IMG/VR virus record: IMGVR_UViG_3300005805_006958
Span: 1 to 24,597 of that record
Origin: a virus
Lineage: Duplodnaviria; Caudoviricetes
Direction: 5' to 3' (one strand)
Length of the DNA: 24,597 nucleotides
Both the position numbers and the translations under genes were made by a program. Of this stretch, positions 17,383 to 24,597 are shown in pieces (the stretch's first letter is position 1; each line of letters starts with the position of its first letter). Under the pieces are notes generated by a model, which was given only the letters and a program-made list of their open reading frames with translations, made no database searches and had not been told where the DNA came from.

Positions 17383-18471
17383 ATGTTTGATGCAATCAAA
17401 CCCCTGCTCGACAGTGGCCTAATTAACGAAGACGTTAGTAAAGAACTCAACGAAGCTTGGGAAGGAAAACTAAACGAAGCCCGTGAACAGGTACGTGCAG
17501 AACTCAGAGAAGAGTTTGCACAACGCTACGAGCATGACAAAACAGTGATGGTAGAAGCCCTAGACAAGATGGTAACAGAAGGTTTGGCCGCAGAAATTGC
17601 GCAAGTGGCTGCTGAAAAGCAAGCACTGGCGGAAGATCGCGTTCGTTTCCAAGGCAAGATGAAAGAGTCAGCCACAAAGTTCAACAACTTTATGGTGTCT
17701 AAACTTGCAGAAGAAATTGGCGAACTGCGCCGAGACCGTAAAATGCACACCGAAGGAGTTGCAAAACTTGAAAACTTCGTGGTGCAGGCCCTGGCACGTG
17801 AAATCACAGAATTTGCCAAGGACAAACGTGATGTCGTAGAGACAAAAGTGCGTCTGGTACGTGAAGCACGTGGCAAACTTGAACAATTGAAGAGCCGTTT
17901 CGTAAAAGAATCTGCTGAGAAAATGAGTCAAGCTGTTAGCCGTCATCTCAAGGCTGAGTTGAATCAGTTACAAGAAGACATCCAAATTGCTCGTGAGAAC
18001 AATTTTGGTCGTAGAATTTTCGAAGCGTATGCTGCAGAATTTGGTGCTACCCATCTCAATGAGAAGGCGGAAGTGCGCAAACTGTATGATGTTATTGCCG
18101 AGAAAGATCAGAAATTGCGTAAAGCAATTGAACTCACCCAACATGCAAAAGTGGTGGTTGAGTCAAAAGAACGTGAACTGCGTATGATCCGAGAATCCAA
18201 TGAGCGCGAAAGCACCTTGGATGAATTGCTGCGCCCATTGAACCGGGAAAAGCAAGAAGTCATGCGTAATTTACTCGAAAGCGTTCAAACTGCCCGTTTG
18301 AAGTCGGCTTTTGAAAAGTATCTACCAGCAGTGTTGGAAGATAGATCTGCGAAAGCCCGTAAAGTGATTGCAGAATCTGTTACCTCAGTAACTGGTGATA
18401 AAACTACTGTACCCACGGTGTCGGAAGATCGCAGCAATGTCATCGACCTCAAGCGCCTGGCAGGTCTTTAA
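17383..18471 (+). CDS. gp22: Prohead core scaffold protein
   Basis: Coiled-coil protein between protease and MCP; AAGGAG SD; C-terminal LKRLAGL. Confidence 0.85.
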   Translation: MFDAIKPLLDSGLINEDVSKELNEAWEGKLNEAREQVRAELREEFAQRYEHDKTVMVEALDKMVTEGLAAEIAQVAAEKQALAEDRVRFQGKMKESATKFNNFMVSKLAEEIGELRRDRKMHTEGVAKLENFVVQALAREITEFAKDKRDVVETKVRLVREARGKLEQLKSRFVKESAEKMSQAVSRHLKAELNQLQEDIQIARENNFGRRIFEAYAAEFGATHLNEKAEVRKLYDVIAEKDQKLRKAIELTQHAKVVVESKERELRMIRESNERESTLDELLRPLNREKQEVMRNLLESVQTARLKSAFEKYLPAVLEDRSAKARKVIAESVTSVTGDKTTVPTVSEDRSNVIDLKRLAGL

Positions 18472-18490
18472 TCTTAACAAGGAGACTTAA

Positions 18491-19687
18491 ATGTCACAAG
18501 AACTATTAGAAAGTCGTTGGGGCGAAACCAAAGAGGCACTGTTAGAAGGTCTTAATGGAACCAAACGCAATAGCATGAATGTAATCCTCGAGAATACACG
18601 TCGCTATTTGAAAGAGAATGCCAGCGCAGGTTCCACTGCTGCCGGCAACATTGCCACACTCAACCGTGTGATTCTGCCTGTGATCCGTCGTGTCATGCCC
18701 ACTGTTATTGCTAACGAGTTGGTTGGCGTTCAGCCCATGACTGGTCCTGTTGGTCAAATTCACACCCTGCGTGTGCGTTATGCCAACAACTTGACAGACA
18801 ACTCAGCAGCCGCTACTAGTGTGAGTGCTGGTGAAGAAGCATTGAGCCCATTCAAAATTGCTCAAGCATATTCTACTGTGCCTGCAGGTACCACAACTGC
18901 CACTGGCTACACTGGCGGCAACACAGCTACCATGGAAGGCACTGGCGGTAAGCAAATTAGCGTTCAGATCCTGAAACAAGCTGTTGAAGCTCGCACACGT
19001 AAGTTGCAAGCTCGCTGGACATTTGAATCTGCACAAGACGCACAAGCCATGCATGGTATTGACGTTGAAGCAGAAATCATGGCAGCATTGGCTCAAGAGA
19101 TTACCGCTGAAATCGACCAAGAGATTCTCTTGAGCTTGCGTTCACTGGCAGCTACTGAGTTCACATACAACCAAGCTACCGTTAGTGGTACAGCAACATT
19201 TGTTGGTGACGAACACGCCGCTTTGGCTGTGTTGGTTAACCGTGTTGCTAACTTGATTGCTCAACGCACACGTCGTGGCGCTGGTAACTACGCTGTAGTT
19301 TCTTCAGCTGCACTGACAGTGTTGCAATCTGCAACAACTTCTGCTTTTGCTCGCACTACAGAAGGTACATTTGAAGCACCTACCAACACCAAGTTTGTTG
19401 GTACATTGAACGGCAGTATGCGTGTGTTCGTTGACAGCTATGCTGCTGACACACAAAGCGTATTGGTCGGTTACAAAGGTTCTTCAGAAGCTGACGCACC
19501 AGCATTCTACTGCCCATACATTCCTTTGATGAGCAGCGGTGTTGTGCTTGATCCAACAACCTTTGAACCAGTCGTGTCATTTATGACTCGTTATGGGTAC
19601 ATCGAGCTCACTAACACTGCATCATCATTCGGCAATGCCGGAGATTATGTAGGAGAAATTGCCGTGAGCAATTTGAGCTTCTCCTAA
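18491..19687 (+). CDS. gp23: Major capsid protein
   Basis: RRVMPTVIANELVGVQPMTGPVGQI, RKLQARWT, EITAEIDQEI, FYCPYIPL, MTRYG; AAGGAG SD. Confidence 0.97.
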   Translation: MSQELLESRWGETKEALLEGLNGTKRNSMNVILENTRRYLKENASAGSTAAGNIATLNRVILPVIRRVMPTVIANELVGVQPMTGPVGQIHTLRVRYANNLTDNSAAATSVSAGEEALSPFKIAQAYSTVPAGTTTATGYTGGNTATMEGTGGKQISVQILKQAVEARTRKLQARWTFESAQDAQAMHGIDVEAEIMAALAQEITAEIDQEILLSLRSLAATEFTYNQATVSGTATFVGDEHAALAVLVNRVANLIAQRTRRGAGNYAVVSSAALTVLQSATTSAFARTTEGTFEAPTNTKFVGTLNGSMRVFVDSYAADTQSVLVGYKGSSEADAPAFYCPYIPLMSSGVVLDPTTFEPVVSFMTRYGYIELTNTASSFGNAGDYVGEIAVSNLSFS

Positions 19688-19723
19688 TCAGAGAAAAAAC
19701 AACCCAGGGATGGGAAGTTAAAG

Positions 19724-19746
19724 AAACCCGCTTCGGCGGGTTTTTT
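19724..19746 (+). terminator. Rho-independent terminator with C(UUCG)G tetraloop
   Basis: AAACCCGC-TTCG-GCGGGTTT followed by a T-run, downstream of the MCP stop. Confidence 0.92.
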
Positions 19747-19781
19747 GTTGGATTTGTTATGTTGGGGAAATCGCACTCTAT

Positions 19782-19789
19782 CATAAATA
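19782..19789 (+). promoter_or_regulatory. Late promoter (CATAAATA)
   Basis: 5 nt upstream of ATG 19795. Confidence 0.65.
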
Positions 19790-19794
19790 ACTGC

Positions 19795-20418
19795 ATGAAA
19801 CCCTACACTTATCTAATCAAACATCGCCCTACCGGTAAAGTCTATTATGGATATCGTTCTGCTAATAAAGTAGAACCTGCTGAAGATTTATGGAAAAAAT
19901 ATTTTACCAGTAGTCCTAAAATTCAACAACTTATCGAAGAAACTGGTATTGATAGTTTTGATGTAGAAGTACGACAAGTCTTTGAAACTAAACAACAAGC
20001 AAGTGCATGGGAAACTAAAGTTCTTCAACGTTGCAAAGTGTTAACTAATGAACGTTGGATCAATCAAAATATTGCTGGATATGTTATACCAACAGAAGAA
20101 TCTAATAAAAAAATAAGTGCATATTGGAAAGGTAAACCTAAGGGCAAAGAACAAATAGAAAAAATTAGACAATCAAATATAGGCAAAAATAAAGGAAAAA
20201 TTCAAACGGTAGAACACCGACTCAAAAATTCAGAAGCCAACAAAGGTTCTAATAATCCTCGCTATGGGGTAGAAGTATCAGAAGAAACCCGCCGGAGGAT
20301 TAGTGAAGCCAAAAAAGGCAAGCAAGTTGCGCACAACAAAGGTAAGCCCATGAGTGAAGAACAAAAAGCAAAAATACGGGCCACTCTTGCCGCCAAGAAA
20401 AATCAGATCAAACCTTGA
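19795..20418 (+). CDS. Free-standing GIY-YIG homing endonuclease (Seg-like) with NUMOD3-type DNA-binding repeats
   Basis: PYTYLIKHRPTGKVYYGYR, YFTSS, WE..VL, WIN; C-terminal repeats (SEETRRRISEAKKGK, MSEEQKAKIR); AT-rich; overlaps the convergent gene end. Start set at ATG 19795. Confidence 0.88.
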   Translation: MKPYTYLIKHRPTGKVYYGYRSANKVEPAEDLWKKYFTSSPKIQQLIEETGIDSFDVEVRQVFETKQQASAWETKVLQRCKVLTNERWINQNIAGYVIPTEESNKKISAYWKGKPKGKEQIEKIRQSNIGKNKGKIQTVEHRLKNSEANKGSNNPRYGVEVSEETRRRISEAKKGKQVAHNKGKPMSEEQKAKIRATLAAKKNQIKP

Positions 20419-21577
20419 ACCATGACAGATATTGTTCAATCCGCCGAGTAACGCTGGCCCAGTCTCCCATTGAGGGTTGACGGAATATGCGCACAGTGCT
20501 GTACCAAGGCGAACTGTCTCTATCCAACATCCAGCGCCAGTCAGTGGCAAACCACTGCAACATCAACCATGTGGGGCGACCCATGGCTCCTGCCAGGTGC
20601 GTGATGGCAGTGTCTACAGAAATCACCACATCCAGGCAAGCAATCAAACCAGCAGTGTCAGCAAAACTGGCAATGCTGCCAGGATACATGGTCACCCCCA
20701 CAGCAGCCATGGCTGCAGATTCTTCTTCAGTGGCATCTACTTGCAAGTTGATCCACTCGTACTGCGGGTTGTTGCGTACCAGCTCAAACATTGTTTCAAA
20801 CGGCATGCCTTTGTGACGATTTAACCAGGCATCTCTGCGCCCTGACCAAGAAAAGCCCACTCGCATGCGTTTCTTTGCACCCAACAATTGTAGCCAGGCA
20901 GCATGTTTGGCACTGTCAGCGGTTATATACTGCACCTGTGCAGGCAAGTTTTCCAAGGTAACACCCAAGACACCAGGTATGCTCATGATGGGCACCCAGT
21001 AGTCAAACTCAGGTGGTTGATCGGTGTATGTACCAATCCAGGCAATAACAGGACTAGTGTTGAACAGCGGAATCAACCCTGTAGTGGTTTGAAACAATAC
21101 TCGTGCTCCCCCTGCATGCAAGTTGAACAAAAATCTGCAGAACTGTATGTTGTCTCCGTGTCCTTGTTCACCTATGACCAATATAGTTTTGTCTTTTAGA
21201 TCCTGTCCAGTCCAACGAGGTTGAGAATGTTGTGGTAATGAACCTGCCAAGTGCTCATACTGCCAACGTGCTTCGTAGGCCGGCCAACCACGAGCATAGT
21301 CACCCTGAATCAAATAGCTCACTGCTAGATTGAATTGAGCAGTGACATTGGTGGAATCGGCTTCCACAGCGTATTGCAAAAAAGGTATGCCTCTTTTTGG
21401 CTGTCCACATTCACGCATGACATTGCCATAGTTGTTGAATGCCGCGGCTGAATTGGGATCGTGACACATGGCCAGCATGTAGCATTTGAGTGCTTGGTCT
21501 GGGCGGTTCTCGCCGCGCAGTCGGTTGCCTTCTTCGATCAGTTGAGCAACGTCTGTGATAATTTCGTTTGAGTCCAT
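20408..21577 (-). CDS. TPR-repeat protein with GT-B (GT9-like) glycosyltransferase domain
   Basis: N-terminal TPRs (AFNNYGNVMRECG, AQFNLAVSYL); EQGHGDNIQFCRF; DVVISVDTAITHLAGAMGRPTW; DWRW...SPWY. Start set at ATG 21577, 5 nt after TAAATA (21588-83). Confidence 0.85.
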   Translation of the reverse strand: MDSNEIITDVAQLIEEGNRLRGENRPDQALKCYMLAMCHDPNSAAAFNNYGNVMRECGQPKRGIPFLQYAVEADSTNVTAQFNLAVSYLIQGDYARGWPAYEARWQYEHLAGSLPQHSQPRWTGQDLKDKTILVIGEQGHGDNIQFCRFLFNLHAGGARVLFQTTTGLIPLFNTSPVIAWIGTYTDQPPEFDYWVPIMSIPGVLGVTLENLPAQVQYITADSAKHAAWLQLLGAKKRMRVGFSWSGRRDAWLNRHKGMPFETMFELVRNNPQYEWINLQVDATEEESAAMAAVGVTMYPGSIASFADTAGLIACLDVVISVDTAITHLAGAMGRPTWLMLQWFATDWRWMLDRDSSPWYSTVRIFRQPSMGDWASVTRRIEQYLSWFKV

Positions 21578-21582
21578 GGTAA

Positions 21583-21590
21583 TATTTACA
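21583..21590 (-). promoter_or_regulatory. Late promoter (TGTAAATA, minus strand)
   Basis: TATTTACA on the + strand; 5 nt from the GT start codon. Confidence 0.55.
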
Positions 21591-21624
21591 GCATATGCAG
21601 TGCGGTCAATTATTTTACTACATC

Positions 21625-21719
21625 CATAAATACTTGTCAACGCAATTCTGCGTTTTATGCGGTTTAACCCACCGCGTACGGACTAGAACTCCGATCGGAC
21701 TTCTTTAAGGAGAAACAAA
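21625..21719 (+). promoter_or_regulatory. Late promoter CATAAATA followed by a structured ~80-nt 5' leader
   Basis: Hairpins AACGCA/TGCGTT (21639-54), TATGCGGT/ACCGCGTA (21656-78), CGGA/TCCG (21679-93); AAGGAG SD at 21707-12. Confidence 0.65.
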
Positions 21720-22505
21720 ATGGGACGTCCTCTTAAAATACAAAAAACAAGCACAGGATCTGGCAATGGCGGCGCAGCCGTTGGTGTGGATCTTGGTTTT
21801 CCTAACTTTGGATCATTGACTGCACCAGTTGTCAACACTGCCAACACACTCAACGCCACTGAATATCTAGGCGTGGTGGGCGGTGCAGCACCCACTGATG
21901 CACCCTCAGCAACCAATCCCAGAGTTGATGTCACTGTCAACATTGCTGCACCTGATGGTTCAGGTATTGGTGTAGCACAAGGCTACATCATACGCCAAAA
22001 AGGCAGCCACAAATATCTAGTGGGCGATGCCACCGGTGTCAATGACGGTTCATTTGTTGTGGGCCAAGCCTATCAAATCAGCACTGTTGGCACAACCACT
22101 GACTGGCCTGCTGCTGGTGCACCTGCCAACTATGGCCTGGGCACTGTGTTCACAGCAACCTCAGTGGGCGGAGCCGGCAACGGTGCAGCCAACTCAGTGG
22201 GCGTGTGTGTGCTGGACGATGATGTCACACCTGCTGCAGGGCTCATGGCCATTACATTCACTACAGGTGATAGTACAGCCACCACTGTCAGCAAACTTAC
22301 CAACAAGTTCTTGCTGGACTGGACTGGCGGATCAACCTATGCAGCCACTTCGGTGATTGCAGACAAACGCTATGTGACCAACTTCTTCACCGACGAAGGC
22401 ACAGTGATCAAGTCAGGAACCACTGGCGGTGCCAACACAGGCACTGTGGCTGGCGGACAACAAAATCTGTTGGATCTGGCCATTGTGGACAACGTTACTT
22501 CTTAA
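21720..22505 (+). CDS. Putative virion structural protein (Gly/Thr/Ala-rich, beta-rich)
   Basis: Strong SD, late promoter, downstream terminator; composition typical of decoration/fibre proteins; YIIRQKGSHKYLV motif. Confidence 0.7.
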   Translation: MGRPLKIQKTSTGSGNGGAAVGVDLGFPNFGSLTAPVVNTANTLNATEYLGVVGGAAPTDAPSATNPRVDVTVNIAAPDGSGIGVAQGYIIRQKGSHKYLVGDATGVNDGSFVVGQAYQISTVGTTTDWPAAGAPANYGLGTVFTATSVGGAGNGAANSVGVCVLDDDVTPAAGLMAITFTTGDSTATTVSKLTNKFLLDWTGGSTYAATSVIADKRYVTNFFTDEGTVIKSGTTGGANTGTVAGGQQNLLDLAIVDNVTS

Positions 22506-22519
22506 TTTCTAAAGTGACT

Positions 22520-22553
22520 AAACCCTCCCTGATACATACAGGGAGGGTTTTTT
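22520..22553 (+). terminator. Terminator hairpin with a promoter-like loop and the SD in its 3' arm
   Basis: AAACCCTCCCTG-ATACATA-CAGGGAGGGTTT-TTT immediately before ATG 22554. Confidence 0.8.
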
Positions 22554-23141
22554 ATGAGTGCAGCATTTGTTCTGGGCAACGGTGTCAGCCGATTGAGTGT
22601 GGATTTGAATCAGTTACAACCACTGGGCCGAATCTATGGCTGTAATGCCCTGTACAGAGAGTTTGTGCCTGACGTTCTTGTGAGCACAGACAAGGGCATA
22701 GCACACACCATTCAAAACAGTGGTTACGCTGAAAAACATCGCATGTACACCAGAAAACCCTTGCCGGGCTTGGGTGCAAGATCTGTGCCACAGGCATATT
22801 TTGGCTACAGTTCAGGACCCATAGCAGTGGGCATAGCAGCCATGGATCACAACTTGGCCATTTATCTCATTGGATTTGACATGGGACCCACGGCCAACAA
22901 CAGATTCAACAATGTGTATGCTGACACAGAATTCTACAGAAAAAGCACGGCTTTGCCCACTTACACAGGCAACTGGGTGCGACAAATAGTAACCATATGC
23001 AGAGATTTTCCCAAAACCAGTTTTTACCGTGTGATGGGTGACACCACTGCTGCTGTTCCTGAACTTGCCAACATTGACAATCTGCGACACATGCCTATCA
23101 CAGACTTTCTTGACCGCATAAATAACGCAAAGGACCTTTAA
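22554..23141 (+). CDS. Maf/MptE-like (sialyltransferase-fold) putative glycosyltransferase
   Basis: AFVLGNGVSR, YGCNALYR, PDVLVSTD, SSGPIA, IYLIGFD: pattern of MAF_flag10/GT29/GT42-like Rossmann proteins. Confidence 0.6.
   Translation: MSAAFVLGNGVSRLSVDLNQLQPLGRIYGCNALYREFVPDVLVSTDKGIAHTIQNSGYAEKHRMYTRKPLPGLGARSVPQAYFGYSSGPIAVGIAAMDHNLAIYLIGFDMGPTANNRFNNVYADTEFYRKSTALPTYTGNWVRQIVTICRDFPKTSFYRVMGDTTAAVPELANIDNLRHMPITDFLDRINNAKDL
23117..23124 (+). promoter_or_regulatory. Late promoter (CATAAATA) inside the 3' end of the upstream gene
   Basis: Followed by AAGGA SD (23130-34) and ATG 23142. Confidence 0.65.
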
Positions 23142-24597
23142 ATGTCAACAGTCAAACGAGTCAGTGGCGAGTACACTATACAGAGCATTGGTGCCAGCGA
23201 TCCCATCAATTTGATTTCATCGTCAGTGAACATCAACGGTAACTTGACTGTGACCGGCAATGCTGTGCTGGTGGGCAACATCAACGCTGACAAAATTTTC
23301 AACGGTACCACCAGCATGGAAATTCCTGTGACCAACGGCAATGCCAATATTACAATAGGTGGAACTTCAAATGTAGCAGTGTTTGCCACCACAGGTGTGT
23401 TTGTGACAGGATTGGCCAGTGTAACAGGCAATGTTCAAGGCGGTAACATACGCACCGCAGGTCAAGTATCGGCAACGGCCAATATTACTGGCGGTAATTT
23501 GATAGTGTCTAGTGGTAATATCAATATTACCCGTGCATCAACTGCTACAACACAACCAGCAATAAGATTTACTGACTCAAACACTGCTGTGACCACACTG
23601 GGTGCAAATATTGGGTCTATTGAATGGTTTACATCAGACTCCACTGGCGCAGGAGCCAGAGTCACAGCCAGAATTCAAGCAGTGTATGCTGACACCGGAG
23701 GCAACAGCAATCTTCAAATTCAAACTGGCAGCACTGCAACTCCTGCCACAAGAATCACAGTGATTGGTAGTTCAGGCAACGTGGGCATTGCCAACGCTGC
23801 ACCCTTGGATACACTGGCAGTGACTGGAACTGTGTACGTCAGTGGTAACATCACAAGTGCAGCCAACATATCTGGTGGTAATGCACTGATTTCTGGTCAA
23901 GCATCTGCTGGTGGCAATGTCACAGGTGCCAACTTAATCACGGCTGGATTGGCCACGGTCACAGGCAACATCACTGGTGGCAACATTATTAGTCTGGGTG
24001 CTGTGTCAGCAGGCGCAGCAGGCGTCAGCGCCACAGGCAATGTCACTGGTGGTAATGCACTCAGCAACGGTTTAATTTCGGCCACCGGCAACATCACAGG
24101 TGCCAATGTTGTGGGCACATTGGGTGTGTTTTCGGGCAATTTGTCAGCCACAGCCAATACGGTGACATCAAATCTGCAAGTCACAGGCAACAGTTCGGGC
24201 ACAGGTATTGGGGTAGAAAACGTTGTTTGGCAACCAACAACTGTGGCGTTCAACAGTGTGAGCCAGGCCAATGTGGGTGTGTTGGGATTTTTGGTTTTGG
24301 GCGGATACAGTTACAAATACGAAGCATACCTGCCTATCTTGCCCGACGGCAGTACCACAACTGGATTTAGCACGTATTTTGATGCAGGTACCTGTTACTA
24401 CACTGTGGAAGCACAACCTGCTCAAACCACTGCTTTCAGTGCATCAACCTCCAATGTGTCAGGCACCGCAGCGGCTACCCAGTCAATGACTGGCACAACA
24501 CCTAGGGCCGTTAAAATCACTGGCACCATTTACAGTGCTGGCAATGCCAATGTCACAATTCAGGCACAAACCAGTATAGCAAATATCAATATTCAAT
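23142..24597 (+). CDS. Tail/head fibre-like protein with GNITGGN repeats (partial, runs off the window; absent from the ORF track)
   Basis: Own translation: MSTVKRVSGEYTIQ...; no stop to the window end; ~17-aa repeats (TGNITGGNIISLGAVSA etc.); SD and late promoter present. Confidence 0.85.
   Translation, partial: MSTVKRVSGEYTIQSIGASDPINLISSSVNINGNLTVTGNAVLVGNINADKIFNGTTSMEIPVTNGNANITIGGTSNVAVFATTGVFVTGLASVTGNVQGGNIRTAGQVSATANITGGNLIVSSGNINITRASTATTQPAIRFTDSNTAVTTLGANIGSIEWFTSDSTGAGARVTARIQAVYADTGGNSNLQIQTGSTATPATRITVIGSSGNVGIANAAPLDTLAVTGTVYVSGNITSAANISGGNALISGQASAGGNVTGANLITAGLATVTGNITGGNIISLGAVSAGAAGVSATGNVTGGNALSNGLISATGNITGANVVGTLGVFSGNLSATANTVTSNLQVTGNSSGTGIGVENVVWQPTTVAFNSVSQANVGVLGFLVLGGYSYKYEAYLPILPDGSTTTGFSTYFDAGTCYYTVEAQPAQTTAFSASTSNVSGTAAATQSMTGTTPRAVKITGTIYSAGNANVTIQAQTSIANINIQ
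23420..24110 (+). repeat. Degenerate ~17-codon coding repeats (xGN[IV]TG[GA]N)
   Basis: GNVQGGN, ANITGGN, ANISGGN, GNVTGAN, GNITGGN, GNVTGGN, GNITGAN. Confidence 0.8.

Noticed and set aside
11241-19580. Numerous 60-170 aa antisense or alternate-frame ORFs over the tape-measure and head genes
   Set aside because: Shadow ORFs arising from the codon bias of well-supported genes; no SDs, promoters or motifs.
19679-19714. Small hairpins (TTCTC/GAGAA; CCCA-GGGA-TGGG) between the MCP stop and the terminator
   Set aside because: Stems of 4-5 bp are too short to support a separate element without comparative data.
1-24597. Stop-codon reassignment (alternative genetic code)
   Set aside because: Core genes are full length under the standard code, and TAA, TGA and TAG all occur as gene ends.

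Overview
A 24.6-kb segment of a large T4-like (Tevenvirinae-like/'uncultured T4-superfamily') myovirus genome. Left part: gp47/gp46 (Mre11/Rad50-like) recombination nuclease genes interleaved with three radical-SAM genes, an SDR oxidoreductase and a small GIY-YIG nuclease. These are followed by a ~470-nt non-coding, helix-rich region and an SGNH-like gene. A minus-strand operon carries a gp26-like tail/baseplate-hub chaperone, an overlapping -1-frame ORF, and a DUF1415-like / Arg-tRNA-protein-transferase-like / small barrel-like trio. Divergently, the + strand encodes a tape-measure-like protein with an M15-type peptidase, then the head module (portal gp20, two core proteins, protease gp21, scaffold gp22, major capsid gp23). 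After that come a free-standing GIY-YIG homing endonuclease, a TPR-glycosyltransferase, a virion protein with a structured leader, a Maf/GT-like gene and a fibre gene running off the window end. Most interesting signals: (1) a tandem -1 slippery site (A AAT TTT TTC) joining the gp26-like ORF to a start-less downstream ORF, resembling a lambda G/GT-type frameshift in a T4-like phage; (2) a candidate large pseudoknotted ncRNA (or origin) directly behind the GIY-YIG gene; (3) a possible aminoacyl-tRNA-dependent modification cassette; (4) repeated leaderless late genes and compact promoter/hairpin devices. All family calls come from motif recognition, not database searches.
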